Sequence record: SRR2962707_2324
Length of the DNA stretch: 41,796 bases
Reading direction: 5' to 3' (one strand)
Shown: positions 17,592-28,143 of the stretch, one piece after another
How the letters are laid out: each line of letters begins with the position of its first letter
Numbering within the stretch: position 1 is the stretch's first letter
The notes under the pieces: generated by a model
The model's input: only the letters and a program-made list of their open reading frames with translations
What the model was told of the DNA's origin: nothing
Databases searched by the model: none
Translations under genes and position numbers: made by a program

Positions 17592-17900
17592 ATGTCATTT
17601 CTAAACAAGCTATTTTCTTCCAATAAGAAAGGTATTTCTGAACTTCTAAGTGAAGGAGGAGTTATTGTGGATGTGCGATCTAAAGGTGAATATGCAGGAG
17701 GTCACCTTAAAAATTCCATTAACATTCCTTTGGACGTATTGGCCAATAATCTTGGAAGGTTGAATAAATCAAAACCAGTCATTACGTGCTGTGCCTCGGG
17801 CATGCGAAGTGCATCGGCCAAAAGGATCCTGAAATCAAAAGGATTTGAAGAAGTGGTGAATGGCGGTGGATGGAATAGCCTTAGAAAATATACGAATTGA
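17592..17900 (+). CDS. Rhodanese-like domain protein
   Basis: IVDVRSKGEY.GGH..SINIPL, CCASGMRS, NGGGW. Confidence 0.92.
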   Translation: MSFLNKLFSSNKKGISELLSEGGVIVDVRSKGEYAGGHLKNSINIPLDVLANNLGRLNKSKPVITCCASGMRSASAKRILKSKGFEEVVNGGGWNSLRKYTN

Positions 17901-17904
17901 GTGG

Positions 17905-20076
17905 TTACATGAGCTTGAACTTCGCAAGCTCATTCTTTAAGTTTTCAGCTATAGAAGACAAGTGATTAGACTTGTTCTTATAGTTGTCCATTCCGGAAGC
18001 CAATTCCACAGTCGAACTGGCCACCTCTTCCGTTCCTGCCGCAGTTTGTTCAGCAATTACTACAACACCTTCTGTAATTCCTACCACATCCTGAAGACTG
18101 GCTAGTTGCTTCTGGGTAGCAGAAACAATTTCCTTTGAAAGAGCCAAGGTGTTGCTTGTAGACTCGGAAATATCCCGGAATATCTCCGAAGCTGAGTTGG
18201 AAATCTGTGTACCTGATTTCACTCGTTCACTCATCTGATCCATCACCTGTGCCGTTTCCTGGGTATCTCGCTGAACGTCCTCAATCAACTGCTCGATCTT
18301 TGTTGCCGACTGTCGTGAGTCCTCAGCCAGTTTTCTGATTTCTTCGGCCACAACTGCAAAACCGCGCCCTGCATCACCCGCCTGTGCGGCTTCAATGGCG
18401 GCATTGAGTGCCAGAAGATTGGTTTGTGCCGCAATCTCTGAAATCACACTTAATACTTGGCTAATTTCATCAGACCTCAGTTTTAGAATATCAATTGACT
18501 CGTGCGTCTTACTTGCGTATTGATTGATTTCATGAATATTTTGAACCAGATCATCTAGCATCTTCCCTCCCTTTGTGCTATTGTCGGCTCCCTTAGAAGC
18601 TGCATCATTAATGAAGGTAGCCTTTTGCTTCATGTCGTTGGAAGAACCCAATATTTGCTCAATCAGGTGAGAAACTTCATCCACCTTAGTAACCTGAGAT
18701 TGAGCACCACTACTCATTTGCCCCATAGCTGAGGCAATTTCTGAAGTACTTCGGTTCATCTCTTCACCAGAAACCAACATCTCACTCGATGACTCATCCA
18801 CGGCATTGGCATTGATCATAATCTCCGCCAGCAACAAGTTCAATTGTTCCAAGGCCTTATTCAGATTATCCACTAAGATTTTGATATCACCTTGACTTTC
18901 ATCATGGTATCGCTGTGAGAAATCACCATCAGCCATGGCATTAACTATCTTACTGATGGCCACCAGGGGTTTAGCGACTGAACCGAGTAGATTATTGATA
19001 GACTCACTTAGATCCCGCCATGCACCGCTCTTCACCCCTACGTCAATGCGACTATCGAAACGACCTTCCACTCCTGATTTATATAACACATCATTCGTCT
19101 CATCCAAAACCTGCTTCAGGTTTGCTCTCATGGTTTGCATCTCAACTCCCAACTCATCTTCATCACTAAATTCCTGTAGATCAACATCCAGATTTCCTTT
19201 GCTGATCTCACTTGCAAAAGAGATGTAATTGGTAAAACTGTCAACCAGGTGATTAAGTGAGCCTGTCATATCCCCAATTTCATCTTTTCTGATGCGCCCG
19301 ATCTTGCTCACAACTTTACCCTGAGATAGCAGATTAAGCCTATCACGAATACTCGTGATTGCCGCCACCAATTGATTACCAAAATACCACCCGATGTATA
19401 GTCCGAGTAACATAATAGCGATGGAGACACCAATCACAATTAATATGATGGATGTAACCTGTTCGCTAAGCTCCTCCTCCTTGCGAAGTACGGACTCTTC
19501 AATGGAGTCGGTGTAGATACCAGAAGAAATAACCCAATCGAGTGGTTCGTACAAGCGAGAAAGTGATAGTTTACTGTAAATCTTATCCTCCTCAGGTTTC
19601 ACCATGAAATAATCGACGTACGCATCTCCTTCAGCAAGAGATTGCTCCACCCGTTCCTGATACAGATTTTTCCCTTCCTTTCCCAGTACCACATTGTATT
19701 TCTCATCACTCATGACCTTGCCGTTATTAGCTGGTTTGGCCGCATGCATGATCATGGTTGGATACGGTAATTGCGTATCTGTAATCCAGAAATACCCTTC
19801 CGTTCCATCAAACCTAATCTTTGACAATTGCTCCAAACTGGCAGCTATTGCCACTTCCCTATCATCTGACTTATATGCTTCGTCAATAATCCCGTAGGCC
19901 AGATCAATCACGTTTTCCAGCCTGAGTCTTGCTTTCAGTTCCTCCTCCTTTCTGAAAAAACTAATGTCCTCCTGGCTTTTCTTCTTGATACTGTAAATGG
20001 TTATGGTACTGATCACGGTTGTCGTAACCAGTAAAATAACGCCTATGAAAATGGCTATTCTAAGTCTTAAGTTCAT
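17905..20076 (-). CDS. Methyl-accepting chemotaxis protein (TM-single Cache-TM-multiple HAMP-MA signalling domain)
   Basis: [38 protein letters not shown]; Cache-like IRF..GYFWITD..MIMH..W.ISSGIY; HAMP motifs RKDEIG and EDELG. Confidence 0.93.
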   Translation of the reverse strand: MNLRLRIAIFIGVILLVTTTVISTITIYSIKKKSQEDISFFRKEEELKARLRLENVIDLAYGIIDEAYKSDDREVAIAASLEQLSKIRFDGTEGYFWITDTQLPYPTMIMHAAKPANNGKVMSDEKYNVVLGKEGKNLYQERVEQSLAEGDAYVDYFMVKPEEDKIYSKLSLSRLYEPLDWVISSGIYTDSIEESVLRKEEELSEQVTSIILIVIGVSIAIMLLGLYIGWYFGNQLVAAITSIRDRLNLLSQGKVVSKIGRIRKDEIGDMTGSLNHLVDSFTNYISFASEISKGNLDVDLQEFSDEDELGVEMQTMRANLKQVLDETNDVLYKSGVEGRFDSRIDVGVKSGAWRDLSESINNLLGSVAKPLVAISKIVNAMADGDFSQRYHDESQGDIKILVDNLNKALEQLNLLLAEIMINANAVDESSSEMLVSGEEMNRSTSEIASAMGQMSSGAQSQVTKVDEVSHLIEQILGSSNDMKQKATFINDAASKGADNSTKGGKMLDDLVQNIHEINQYASKTHESIDILKLRSDEISQVLSVISEIAAQTNLLALNAAIEAAQAGDAGRGFAVVAEEIRKLAEDSRQSATKIEQLIEDVQRDTQETAQVMDQMSERVKSGTQISNSASEIFRDISESTSNTLALSKEIVSATQKQLASLQDVVGITEGVVVIAEQTAAGTEEVASSTVELASGMDNYKNKSNHLSSIAENLKNELAKFKLM

Positions 20077-20272
20077 ATGGTGATAGCAGGTAGCCAACGT
20101 TGACTACCTAGTTAGGTTCTGAATCTATAAATATAGAAGATCATATCATTTCATTGCATGATAGTGACCAAAATCCGTATTAGATTTCAGATTTAGCTGT
20201 TCAGATCTTTCAGGTTTACTAAGCGGACCTACTAGTAGAAAAGTAATCGTTCAATTCGTTCGAACCCTTGAA

Positions 20273-22327
20273 TTAAGCTATTGTAGCACCATTTTGTGCC
20301 TCTTTGCCGGGGTTTACCGCAACCAATTTTCCGTCACTGTTCTCTGCAAAAAGTAGCATCCCCTGGGATTCAATTCCCATGATTTTTCGTGGAGCAAGGT
20401 TAGCCATGACGGTCACCTTCTTTCCAATCATTTCTTCAGGTGTGAAATGCTTTGCCACCCCACTTAAAATGGTACGGGTTTCAATACCCATATCCACACT
20501 GAACTTGAGCAGTTTATTGGATTTCTCAACCTTTTCAGCCGTCTTGATCTCACCGACACGTAAATCCATTTTCATAAAATCGTCAAAAACAATTTCGGAT
20601 TTCAACTCTGGTAGATTAGGTGATTGATTTTCTTGCTCGTTCATCTTTTTCGTTTCTAATAATTTGTTCACTTGTTTCTCCACGTCCGAATCCTCAACCT
20701 TTTCAAACAGTAGCTCTGCTTCATTCAATTGATGGGAAGGCTCTATGAGATCTGCCTCACCTGCTTGTTCCCAATTCCAACCTGATACATTCAATATTCG
20801 CTTCAACTTTTCTGCTGTGAACGGCAGAAAAGGCTCACAAAGAATGGAAAGATTGGCAGTGATTTGAAGTGCGATATTCAAAATGGTCTCTACTCGAGAA
20901 GCATCTTCTTTAATAAGCTTCCATGGCTCAGTTTCAGCCAGGTATTTGTTGCCCGTTCTCGCCAACTCGATCAATTGGAATAGTGCCTCTCTGAACTTAA
21001 ACTGATCTAGAGATGCTGCTATTTTTGATGGGCTCTCCTTCAATGATTGAATTACGTCTTCATCAATCTTTTCCAATTCATGTCTTTCCGGAAGCTTTCC
21101 GTCAAAGTACTTATGCGTAAGCACAACAGCCCTATTGACGAAATTTCCAAATATAGCTACTAATTCATTGTTGTTTCTTGCTTGGAAATCCTTCCAGGTA
21201 AAGTCATTATCCTTTGTTTCAGGAGCATTCGCTGTTAGTGTATACCTCAAAACATCTTGTTTCTCTGGAAATTCTTCAAGATACTCATGAAGCCAAACGG
21301 CCCAATTTCTGGAGGTCGAAATCTTATTGTTTTCTAAATTCAGAAATTCATTAGCCGGAACATTATCAGGAAGTATAAAAGATCCTTCCGCTTTTAGTAA
21401 GGTTGGGAAAATGATACAATGGAAAACGATATTGTCCTTTCCAATAAAGTGAAGCAGTCGTGTATCCTCAGATTTCCAGTAATCTTCCCAGTTTTTACCT
21501 TGGTCTTTAGCCCATTGCTTTGTTGCAGAGATATAACCTATAGGAGCATCAAACCAAACATAAAGTACTTTGCCTTCTGCGCCTTCTACCGGAACAGGAA
21601 TACCCCATTTCAAATCACGCGTCATCGGTCGTGGACGCAATCCATTATCTATCCAGCTCTTGCATTGTCCGTATACATTAGGCTTCCAATCCTTGTGCCC
21701 CTCAAGTAACCATTCCTTCAACCAAGGTTCATATTGATCCAATGGAAGATACCAATGTTTAGTCTCCTTCATTACAGGAGCTTCACCACTAAGCATAGAT
21801 TTAGGGTCTTTTAGCTCAGATGGACTTAACGTTGATCCACAATTCTCACACTGATCTCCGTATGCCTCAGGAAAGTTGCAGGTTGGACATATCCCCTTGA
21901 TGTATCTATCAGCTAGAAATTGCTTCTCTTTCTCATCATAGAATTGCTCGGAGATTTCAACAGTAAACTTTCCTTCGGCTTCCACTTTTTTAAAAAATTC
22001 AGAAGCTGTTTCATGATGAAGCGCTGATGAGGTACGATGATAGATATCAAAACTGATCCCAAATCTTTCAAAGGAATCCTTGATCTGATTGTGGTAGAAA
22101 TCAACCACCTCCTGAGGTGTCTTCCCTTCTTTTCTTGCTCGAAGTTCAATCGCAACACCGTGTTCATCAGACCCACATACAAACGCTACGTCCTCACCCT
22201 TTCCTCTTAAATATCGTGCATAGATGTCGGCTGGTACATAAACTCCGGCCAAATGTCCTATATGAACTGGACCGTTTGCATACGGAAGTGCGGCAGTAAT
22301 GGTATGTCTTTTGAAATGCTTCTCCAT
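20273..22327 (-). CDS. metG: Methionine--tRNA ligase
   Basis: [13 protein letters not shown], zinc knuckle [24 protein letters not shown]-terminal tRNA-binding OB domain. Confidence 0.98.
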   Translation of the reverse strand: MEKHFKRHTITAALPYANGPVHIGHLAGVYVPADIYARYLRGKGEDVAFVCGSDEHGVAIELRARKEGKTPQEVVDFYHNQIKDSFERFGISFDIYHRTSSALHHETASEFFKKVEAEGKFTVEISEQFYDEKEKQFLADRYIKGICPTCNFPEAYGDQCENCGSTLSPSELKDPKSMLSGEAPVMKETKHWYLPLDQYEPWLKEWLLEGHKDWKPNVYGQCKSWIDNGLRPRPMTRDLKWGIPVPVEGAEGKVLYVWFDAPIGYISATKQWAKDQGKNWEDYWKSEDTRLLHFIGKDNIVFHCIIFPTLLKAEGSFILPDNVPANEFLNLENNKISTSRNWAVWLHEYLEEFPEKQDVLRYTLTANAPETKDNDFTWKDFQARNNNELVAIFGNFVNRAVVLTHKYFDGKLPERHELEKIDEDVIQSLKESPSKIAASLDQFKFREALFQLIELARTGNKYLAETEPWKLIKEDASRVETILNIALQITANLSILCEPFLPFTAEKLKRILNVSGWNWEQAGEADLIEPSHQLNEAELLFEKVEDSDVEKQVNKLLETKKMNEQENQSPNLPELKSEIVFDDFMKMDLRVGEIKTAEKVEKSNKLLKFSVDMGIETRTILSGVAKHFTPEEMIGKKVTVMANLAPRKIMGIESQGMLLFAENSDGKLVAVNPGKEAQNGATIA

Positions 22328-22345
22328 GATTTTATTAAGAGAGCG

Positions 22346-22353
22346 CAAATATA
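22346..22353 (-). promoter_or_regulatory. Bacteroidota -7 element (TATATTTG) for metG
   Basis: Exact TAnnTTTG match on the minus strand, 18 nt before ATG 22327. Confidence 0.65.
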
Positions 22354-22450
22354 TAAACTAGAGACACCCACCACTACAATCTTATCAGGTATCTGAACTT
22401 ATTAAAGAAATGGATCATCGTGCAAGACATCAAGAAAAATGTAGTGCTAA

Positions 22451-22876
22451 TCAGTTGATATTATTAACACCAGTAGCATTAATCATCATGTTTGAAACAA
22501 GAGACAATACAGATCTCCAAGCAGATCCTATTTCGGAGGTGTATTTTTTACCTAATCCCTTCTCGAGTATTTCCACAAATGTCTCCTGAACCAGGAAGTA
22601 GTGTTCTTCTGTGATATGGAAATTATTATGAAATCGGCCCAAGTCATCGATTGCGTTTTTTATTTCTTCAAGACGATGCATGTTCCCAACTACAAAGCCA
22701 ATGGTGTAGGCCAATTTTTCGCTTTGCCTGGTAAGATCTGAGGGGAATAAATATTCGATTTCAGGTGCCTTGCTGAAAAGAAGATCATAAAAGGACAGCA
22801 TTAATTGTTCGCGCCTTCCGAGTATTTCCCATGAATAGCTAATTAGCTCCAACTCTTTATTACTAATTGCTCTCAA
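22451..22876 (-). CDS. Single-domain globin (flavohemoglobin/Vitreoscilla-Hb-like globin domain)
   Basis: SW (A helix), FYDLLF..PE...LF (B10 Tyr, CD1 Phe), RQSEKL (E7 Gln), LGRFH (F8 His), EHY..V, SAW. TTG start overlaps the upstream TGA. Confidence 0.88.
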   Translation of the reverse strand: MRAISNKELELISYSWEILGRREQLMLSFYDLLFSKAPEIEYLFPSDLTRQSEKLAYTIGFVVGNMHRLEEIKNAIDDLGRFHNNFHITEEHYFLVQETFVEILEKGLGKKYTSEIGSAWRSVLSLVSNMMINATGVNNIN

Positions 22877-23238
22877 AGTCCCCGCTTAATCAATCCAATA
22901 AGTGAAAAAATCCTAAGCGATAATGAACTAGTCATTCTGGAAGGCTTACTATCAAAATAGGATATTCCCTTAAGCTCTTTTGATGCCTCAAGATCCCTGA
23001 CACTATCGGACAGCAAATCTTCTGGTATTTCTATACCAACCAATTTTCTTAAGTACCAATTAATAATTTCAATTTCAGTTGAGTCCCAGGTGGTCGTATC
23101 ATTGATGAAATAAGCAGAAAAATCCCGATTATGCTCCATTAGTTCGGGAAGAGCCTGAGTGATCAAGGATGCCCACCCAAATGGGGAAACATGGCCTACT
23201 ATCCATTTTTTAATAGGTAAAGCTTTCACATTATCCAT
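22873..23238 (-). CDS. Hypothetical protein (121 aa)
   Basis: ATG start with A-rich leader. Stop is coupled to the globin start (TTGA). No recognisable family. Confidence 0.7.
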   Translation of the reverse strand: MDNVKALPIKKWIVGHVSPFGWASLITQALPELMEHNRDFSAYFINDTTTWDSTEIEIINWYLRKLVGIEIPEDLLSDSVRDLEASKELKGISYFDSKPSRMTSSLSLRIFSLIGLIKRGL

Positions 23239-23468
23239 AATTGAGTGTTTTGTTCAATAATACGAATTCGCTTTAAGCTTCGAGAATCTTAGCATGCCTA
23301 CTTGAAGTCTACTAATAGGAATGAAACAGTTTTTCATGATTTGTACAATTCATCTAATATTTCACACAACTTGTTTACGGATAATGTATACGATTTGTAA
23401 CGCACTACATTTTGCATTCATGCCCTGCTATTAAGTTATATCGCTAACTGGTTTTAAAACCTGCTCCC

Positions 23469-24311
23469 ATGTTAGCAAGAAAAATACGATTAGATCACCT
23501 TGAATCAGAACAGGATGTTGTATCCACAATTGAATTGGGTACATCATGTCATCTACCGAATCTGAATGTCGAGTTCCTTATTGATCAAGTTTCAAAATAT
23601 CAAAACAGTATCAGGGATTTCTCATTCATTATTTCCCATAATATCCGAGCATCAACATCCAACTTACAAATGCTATGTGATGCCATTTCGAGGGACCCCA
23701 CAAATCTGCAATTTGTTCGAATGCTACAGGAGGCTGTGGTCAAACTAAATAAAAGCGTTAGAGATGCCAACGAGTTGCTGACTTTGGATGAAGCTCAACT
23801 ACAATACACAAACACCAAATACAACCTGACCAGTGCAGTGCACAATGTCTTAAAATGGAATAAGATTCTAATAGACTCGAAGGATATCAAGATTCATTAT
23901 AACCTTCCTTCTTCTCTTGGCATTATTGGCAACAATGTATACGTGGACAATATCATAAACCAGGTATTGACCAACGCCATTAAATATGGTACGAACGACC
24001 AGTCGAGGAGCATCTTCATTGATTACCTCAATAGTAATGATACCATCACACTTAGAATAAGAGATTTTGGCATTGGTATGGACCTGGGCGACAATCACGA
24101 CAAGCCCTTTCTAATCGGAACCAGGTTTCATAAAGAAAGTTGGGGAACAATGGGCATGGGCCTATACCTGGCAAAATTCCAAATAGAACGACTAGGAGGA
24201 GAAATAAAGCTCCAGAGTGAATTGAATAAAGGCACTTCCGTAGAGCTGAAGTTCTTGTCCAAAAAAGCAAATCATCATATTAATCAATCATTTAACACTA
24301 CCGCCCTATGA
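23469..24311 (+). CDS. Cytoplasmic histidine kinase (HisKA + HATPase_c) lacking a sensor domain
   Basis: H-box IISHNIR, N-box QVLTNAIKY, G1 RDFGIGMD, G2 GMGLYL, QSELNKGT. Only about 55 aa precede the His; no TM. Confidence 0.88.
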   Translation: MLARKIRLDHLESEQDVVSTIELGTSCHLPNLNVEFLIDQVSKYQNSIRDFSFIISHNIRASTSNLQMLCDAISRDPTNLQFVRMLQEAVVKLNKSVRDANELLTLDEAQLQYTNTKYNLTSAVHNVLKWNKILIDSKDIKIHYNLPSSLGIIGNNVYVDNIINQVLTNAIKYGTNDQSRSIFIDYLNSNDTITLRIRDFGIGMDLGDNHDKPFLIGTRFHKESWGTMGMGLYLAKFQIERLGGEIKLQSELNKGTSVELKFLSKKANHHINQSFNTTAL

Positions 24312-26164
24312 AACAAGTAAATAACATAAAATGGTATTTAGTTTTAATCTCAATCATCTTGCCAACAATCGTATCATACGCTGGAGATTGGAATAAACCT
24401 GATAAGCTCTTTGCAGATTCTATTTATACAATAGGATGCAACTTCATTTATACCTATCCCGACAGCACATTGCATTATGCAGATCTCTTGTATAATAAAT
24501 CCATAGAACCTGATTTTAAATACGGAGTGATTAAAGCCCAACTTATGGCTGGATTTCATTTTGCGTCAGTGCTTAAATTGGATACTGCAGAAGTTCTGCT
24601 AAACAAAGTGATTGAAGCACATCAAAGCAAAGGATCGGATGAATTCCAATTCTTGGTTGCCCAAGCGTGGTATTTTCTAGGCCATACTCATTTTAGAGCT
24701 TCCAATTCTGAAGAAGCTAAGAATGACATATCCAAGGCCATCAAAATCTTCAAGAATTTGGATAAAACTGCACTAATTGGGAATTGTGAGATAGTTCTTG
24801 GCAACATCGAGCGTGTGCTACATCAGAATTCAACTGCTGCTCTTGACTACTTCATTAGTGCTTACAAACATATGATTGAAGCTGGTGAAGCAAAGCACAA
24901 AATGGTTGGCTTGATTCAAAACATTGCAGAAGTCTATACCGATATGGGACAATACCAAAAAGCCATAGACTATGAACTAGAAATACTGAGACTTGATAAT
25001 ATTAATGAGTATAAAAAGTGTTTTTTGTTTCACAGCGTTGGCAAGCATTTCATGTTTGCCAACGAACTTGATAGCTCCGCTCATTATTTAAAGAAAGCAA
25101 TGGTAATTGCACAAAGCACTACAGCAGCTAATAGATTCTTAAGCTCCATCTACTACTCTCTTGCTGATGTATACAATCAACAAGAACGGTATCATAAATC
25201 TCTTGAAATGCTTTCTTTAATGAATGCTGAAGAGCATATAGATCGAACAAATAGTCTCATCTCCAAAAACTATTTTGGACTAAGAAATTATGAAAAGGCC
25301 ATTTCATTTGGTAGAAACGTATATTCAGAGGCAACAGCCAGTTCAAAGCCTCAATCTATAATCGCCATCTCAGGCCTTCTGTTCCAATCCTATGAGCAAT
25401 CCGGCAATGCAGATTCTGCACTCTTCTTTTTCAAAATTCATCATCAGGTAAAAGACAGTGTATACAATCTTGAAAATCAGCAGAAATTGAGTTCACTATT
25501 TGCGGAAATGGAAACCTTGGAAAAGCAAAAGGAAATTGACGAATTGGAAGCATCAAATCAGCTATCAAAAGCAAAAGCAAACAACATGCAGATTCTGCTT
25601 TTAACCGGGATTCTAATTTCAGTTATGATTGTATCTATTCTCACGCTCAATAATCGTAATCGTAAAAAGACCTTCCTTCTACAGAAATATCAGCTTCAAT
25701 CAGAAATCGAAGAAAAGATTCAGGACCTAAGCCAACAATCAGTCAGAATCATTCAAAAATCCAACAGTATATCAGAATTGGAAGATGGTCTGAGAAAAAT
25801 AAAGAAAGGTCTTGTCAATGGCCAAGCCCAGGAAGTACAACATATGCTCAACACTATCCGTCTTAGCAAGATTATTGATAAAGAGTGGGACAAATTTGAT
25901 GAGCATTTTGGTTCTTTCAACCATGATTTCATGGAATGCCTGGACAGCAAGCATGCTGATTTAACAGTTACTGAAAAACGACTAGCCATTCTTGTTAAAA
26001 ATGGCTTCACCAACAGGGAAGTGTCAGAGCTAATGAACATTGAAATCAAAAGTGTGAGAATGGCCAAATATCGATTGAAGAAGAAGTTGGGTCTTGCAGA
26101 AGATGTGAAGCTTCTCACCTATTTGACCGGACTCGAAAGGTCTGATTCCTTAATACAGGCGTAA
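24308..26164 (+). CDS. Signal peptide-TPR-TM-LuxR-type HTH membrane-spanning regulator
   Basis: Hydrophobic N-terminus; TPR-like repeats (IAEVYTDMGQYQKAIDY); KDSVYN; TM ILLLTGILISVMIVSILTL; LTVTEKRLA..GFTNREVSELMNI...SVRMAKYRLKKKLGL. ATGA overlap with the kinase. Confidence 0.88.
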   Translation: MKQVNNIKWYLVLISIILPTIVSYAGDWNKPDKLFADSIYTIGCNFIYTYPDSTLHYADLLYNKSIEPDFKYGVIKAQLMAGFHFASVLKLDTAEVLLNKVIEAHQSKGSDEFQFLVAQAWYFLGHTHFRASNSEEAKNDISKAIKIFKNLDKTALIGNCEIVLGNIERVLHQNSTAALDYFISAYKHMIEAGEAKHKMVGLIQNIAEVYTDMGQYQKAIDYELEILRLDNINEYKKCFLFHSVGKHFMFANELDSSAHYLKKAMVIAQSTTAANRFLSSIYYSLADVYNQQERYHKSLEMLSLMNAEEHIDRTNSLISKNYFGLRNYEKAISFGRNVYSEATASSKPQSIIAISGLLFQSYEQSGNADSALFFFKIHHQVKDSVYNLENQQKLSSLFAEMETLEKQKEIDELEASNQLSKAKANNMQILLLTGILISVMIVSILTLNNRNRKKTFLLQKYQLQSEIEEKIQDLSQQSVRIIQKSNSISELEDGLRKIKKGLVNGQAQEVQHMLNTIRLSKIIDKEWDKFDEHFGSFNHDFMECLDSKHADLTVTEKRLAILVKNGFTNREVSELMNIEIKSVRMAKYRLKKKLGLAEDVKLLTYLTGLERSDSLIQA

Positions 26165-26207
26165 TACTTTGTTTTGATCAATAATAGTTATTGGGCGAAT
26201 TTTAACT

Positions 26208-26215
26208 TAATTTTG
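26208..26215 (+). promoter_or_regulatory. Bacteroidota -7 element (TAATTTTG) for typA
   Basis: Exact TAnnTTTG match 16 nt before ATG 26232. Confidence 0.65.
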
Positions 26216-26231
26216 CGGCTCAATTTTAGAC

Positions 26232-28034
26232 ATGCAAAATATCCGCAATATTGCCATCATCGCTCACGTCGACCATGGCAAAACCACACTGGTAGATAAG
26301 ATTATTTACGCCACTCAAGAATTCAGAGAAAATCAGGAAAAGGGTGAATTAATCCTTGACAACAATGATCTTGAAAGGGAACGTGGAATTACTATCCTAT
26401 CGAAAAACGTTTCTGCAGAGTACAAAGGAGTCAAAATCAATATCATTGATACGCCTGGTCACGCCGATTTCGGTGGTGAAGTAGAGCGTGTTTTAAAAAT
26501 GGCCGATGGCGTTATCCTTCTTGTGGATGCCTTTGAAGGTCCAATGCCCCAAACTCGATTTGTACTTGGTAAAGCACTTGGCCTTGGTTTGACACCTATT
26601 GTAGTGGTCAACAAAGTGGATAAAGAAAACTGTAGACCAGACGAAGTTCATGAGCAAGTATTCGACTTGATGTTTTCTTTGGATGCTACGGAAGAACAAC
26701 TTGATTTTCAAACCCTCTATGGATCAAGTAAGCATGGCTGGTTTAGTGACGATTGGCAAAAACCAACATCTGACATTACTCCACTTTTGGACAAAATTCT
26801 GGAAGTGATCCCTCCTGCACCATTCAAAGAAGGTGTACCGGCAATGCAAATCACCTCGCTTGACTTTTCATCATTCACCGGAAGAATCGCAATTGGACGA
26901 GTATTTCAAGGTGTATTGAAAGAAGGTGCTGCGCTTGGCATCAGTAAAAGAGATGGATCTCTGAAAAGAGTCAAAATCAAAGAACTGCATGTATTTGAAG
27001 GGCTAGGCAAAAGAAAAGTAACCGAAGTAAGAGCTGGAGATATCTGTGCCATTACTGGAATAGAAGATTTTGAAATTGGTGATACCATCACTGACTTTGA
27101 GTCTCCCGAAATCCTCCCTCGAATTGCCATTGATGAGCCTACCATGAGTATGCTATTCGCTATCAATGATTCCCCATTCTTTGGTAAAGAAGGAAAATTT
27201 GTGACTTCACGACACCTCAGAGACCGTTTGATGAAGGAGTTAGAGAAAAATCTTGCTCTTCGTGTTGAAGAAACCGGATCTGAGGATAAGTTTCTGGTTT
27301 TTGGACGAGGCGTGCTTCACTTGTCTGTTTTGATCGAAACTATGAGAAGAGAAGGCTATGAACTTCAAGTAGGACAACCACAGGTGCTTTTCAAAGAAGT
27401 TGAAGGCCAAAAAATGGAACCAATCGAACATCTTGTTATTGATGTTCCGGATGAATTTTCCGGTAAAGCCATTGAAATGGTAACTCAAAGAAAAGGTGAA
27501 TTAAAAGTGATGGAACCGAAGGGTAATATTCAGCACCTTGAATTTGAGATTCCTTCAAGAGGCTTGATCGGTCTGAGAAACAACATGCTTACTGCGACTG
27601 CAGGTGAAGCTGTGATGACGCACCGACTCAAAGAATATCAACCTTTTAAGGGAAACATTCCTGGTAGAATAAACGGGTCTCTGATTTCAATGGAAAATGG
27701 CCCAGGAACTCCATACTCTATCGATAAACTTCAGGACAGAGGATTTTTCTTCGTAGATCCGGGAATTGATGTTTACACCGGTCAGGTAATTGGTGAGCAT
27801 AGCCGAGGAAACGACCTGGTAGTTAACATTCAGAAAGGTAAAAAACTTACAAACATGCGAGCCTCAGGATCTGACAATAACACTAAAATCGCTCCTGCTA
27901 AAAAGTTTTCTCTTGAGGAGGCTTTGGAATACATTCAGAAGGACGAATATGTAGAGGTGACCCCTCGCTCTATTCGTATGCGAAAGATCTATCTGGATGA
28001 AAACCAGAGGAAACGAATGGCCATGGCGGATTAA
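26232..28034 (+). CDS. typA: Translational GTPase TypA/BipA
   Basis: [72 protein letters not shown]. Confidence 0.98.
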   Translation: MQNIRNIAIIAHVDHGKTTLVDKIIYATQEFRENQEKGELILDNNDLERERGITILSKNVSAEYKGVKINIIDTPGHADFGGEVERVLKMADGVILLVDAFEGPMPQTRFVLGKALGLGLTPIVVVNKVDKENCRPDEVHEQVFDLMFSLDATEEQLDFQTLYGSSKHGWFSDDWQKPTSDITPLLDKILEVIPPAPFKEGVPAMQITSLDFSSFTGRIAIGRVFQGVLKEGAALGISKRDGSLKRVKIKELHVFEGLGKRKVTEVRAGDICAITGIEDFEIGDTITDFESPEILPRIAIDEPTMSMLFAINDSPFFGKEGKFVTSRHLRDRLMKELEKNLALRVEETGSEDKFLVFGRGVLHLSVLIETMRREGYELQVGQPQVLFKEVEGQKMEPIEHLVIDVPDEFSGKAIEMVTQRKGELKVMEPKGNIQHLEFEIPSRGLIGLRNNMLTATAGEAVMTHRLKEYQPFKGNIPGRINGSLISMENGPGTPYSIDKLQDRGFFFVDPGIDVYTGQVIGEHSRGNDLVVNIQKGKKLTNMRASGSDNNTKIAPAKKFSLEEALEYIQKDEYVEVTPRSIRMRKIYLDENQRKRMAMAD

Positions 28035-28070
28035 GCCATATAAAACGAAACATTACCTCTTATATAAATT

Positions 28071-28100
28071 AACCCCTATTTCAAAACAATAGGGGTTTTT
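28071..28100 (+). terminator. Intrinsic terminator after typA
   Basis: AACCCCTATT-tcaaaac-AATAGGGGTT followed by TTT. Confidence 0.8.
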
Positions 28101-28143
28101 AGCGTTTAAACTTGCACACTATTTGTTGTAGTAAAAACCCAAA

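Noticed and set aside
20098-20272. TTCAG repeats and short palindromes between metG and the MCP gene
   Set aside because: Irregular spacing and short AT-rich stems; no convincing operator, riboswitch or terminator.
26204-26214. AACTTAATTTT upstream of typA, identical to part of the BlaI box
   Set aside because: The second half-site is missing; the match is explained by overlap with the TAATTTTG promoter element.
22354-26231. Calling the globin-kinase block a mobile element
   Set aside because: No integrase, transposase, tRNA target or flanking direct repeats found; only composition and position suggest accessory origin.
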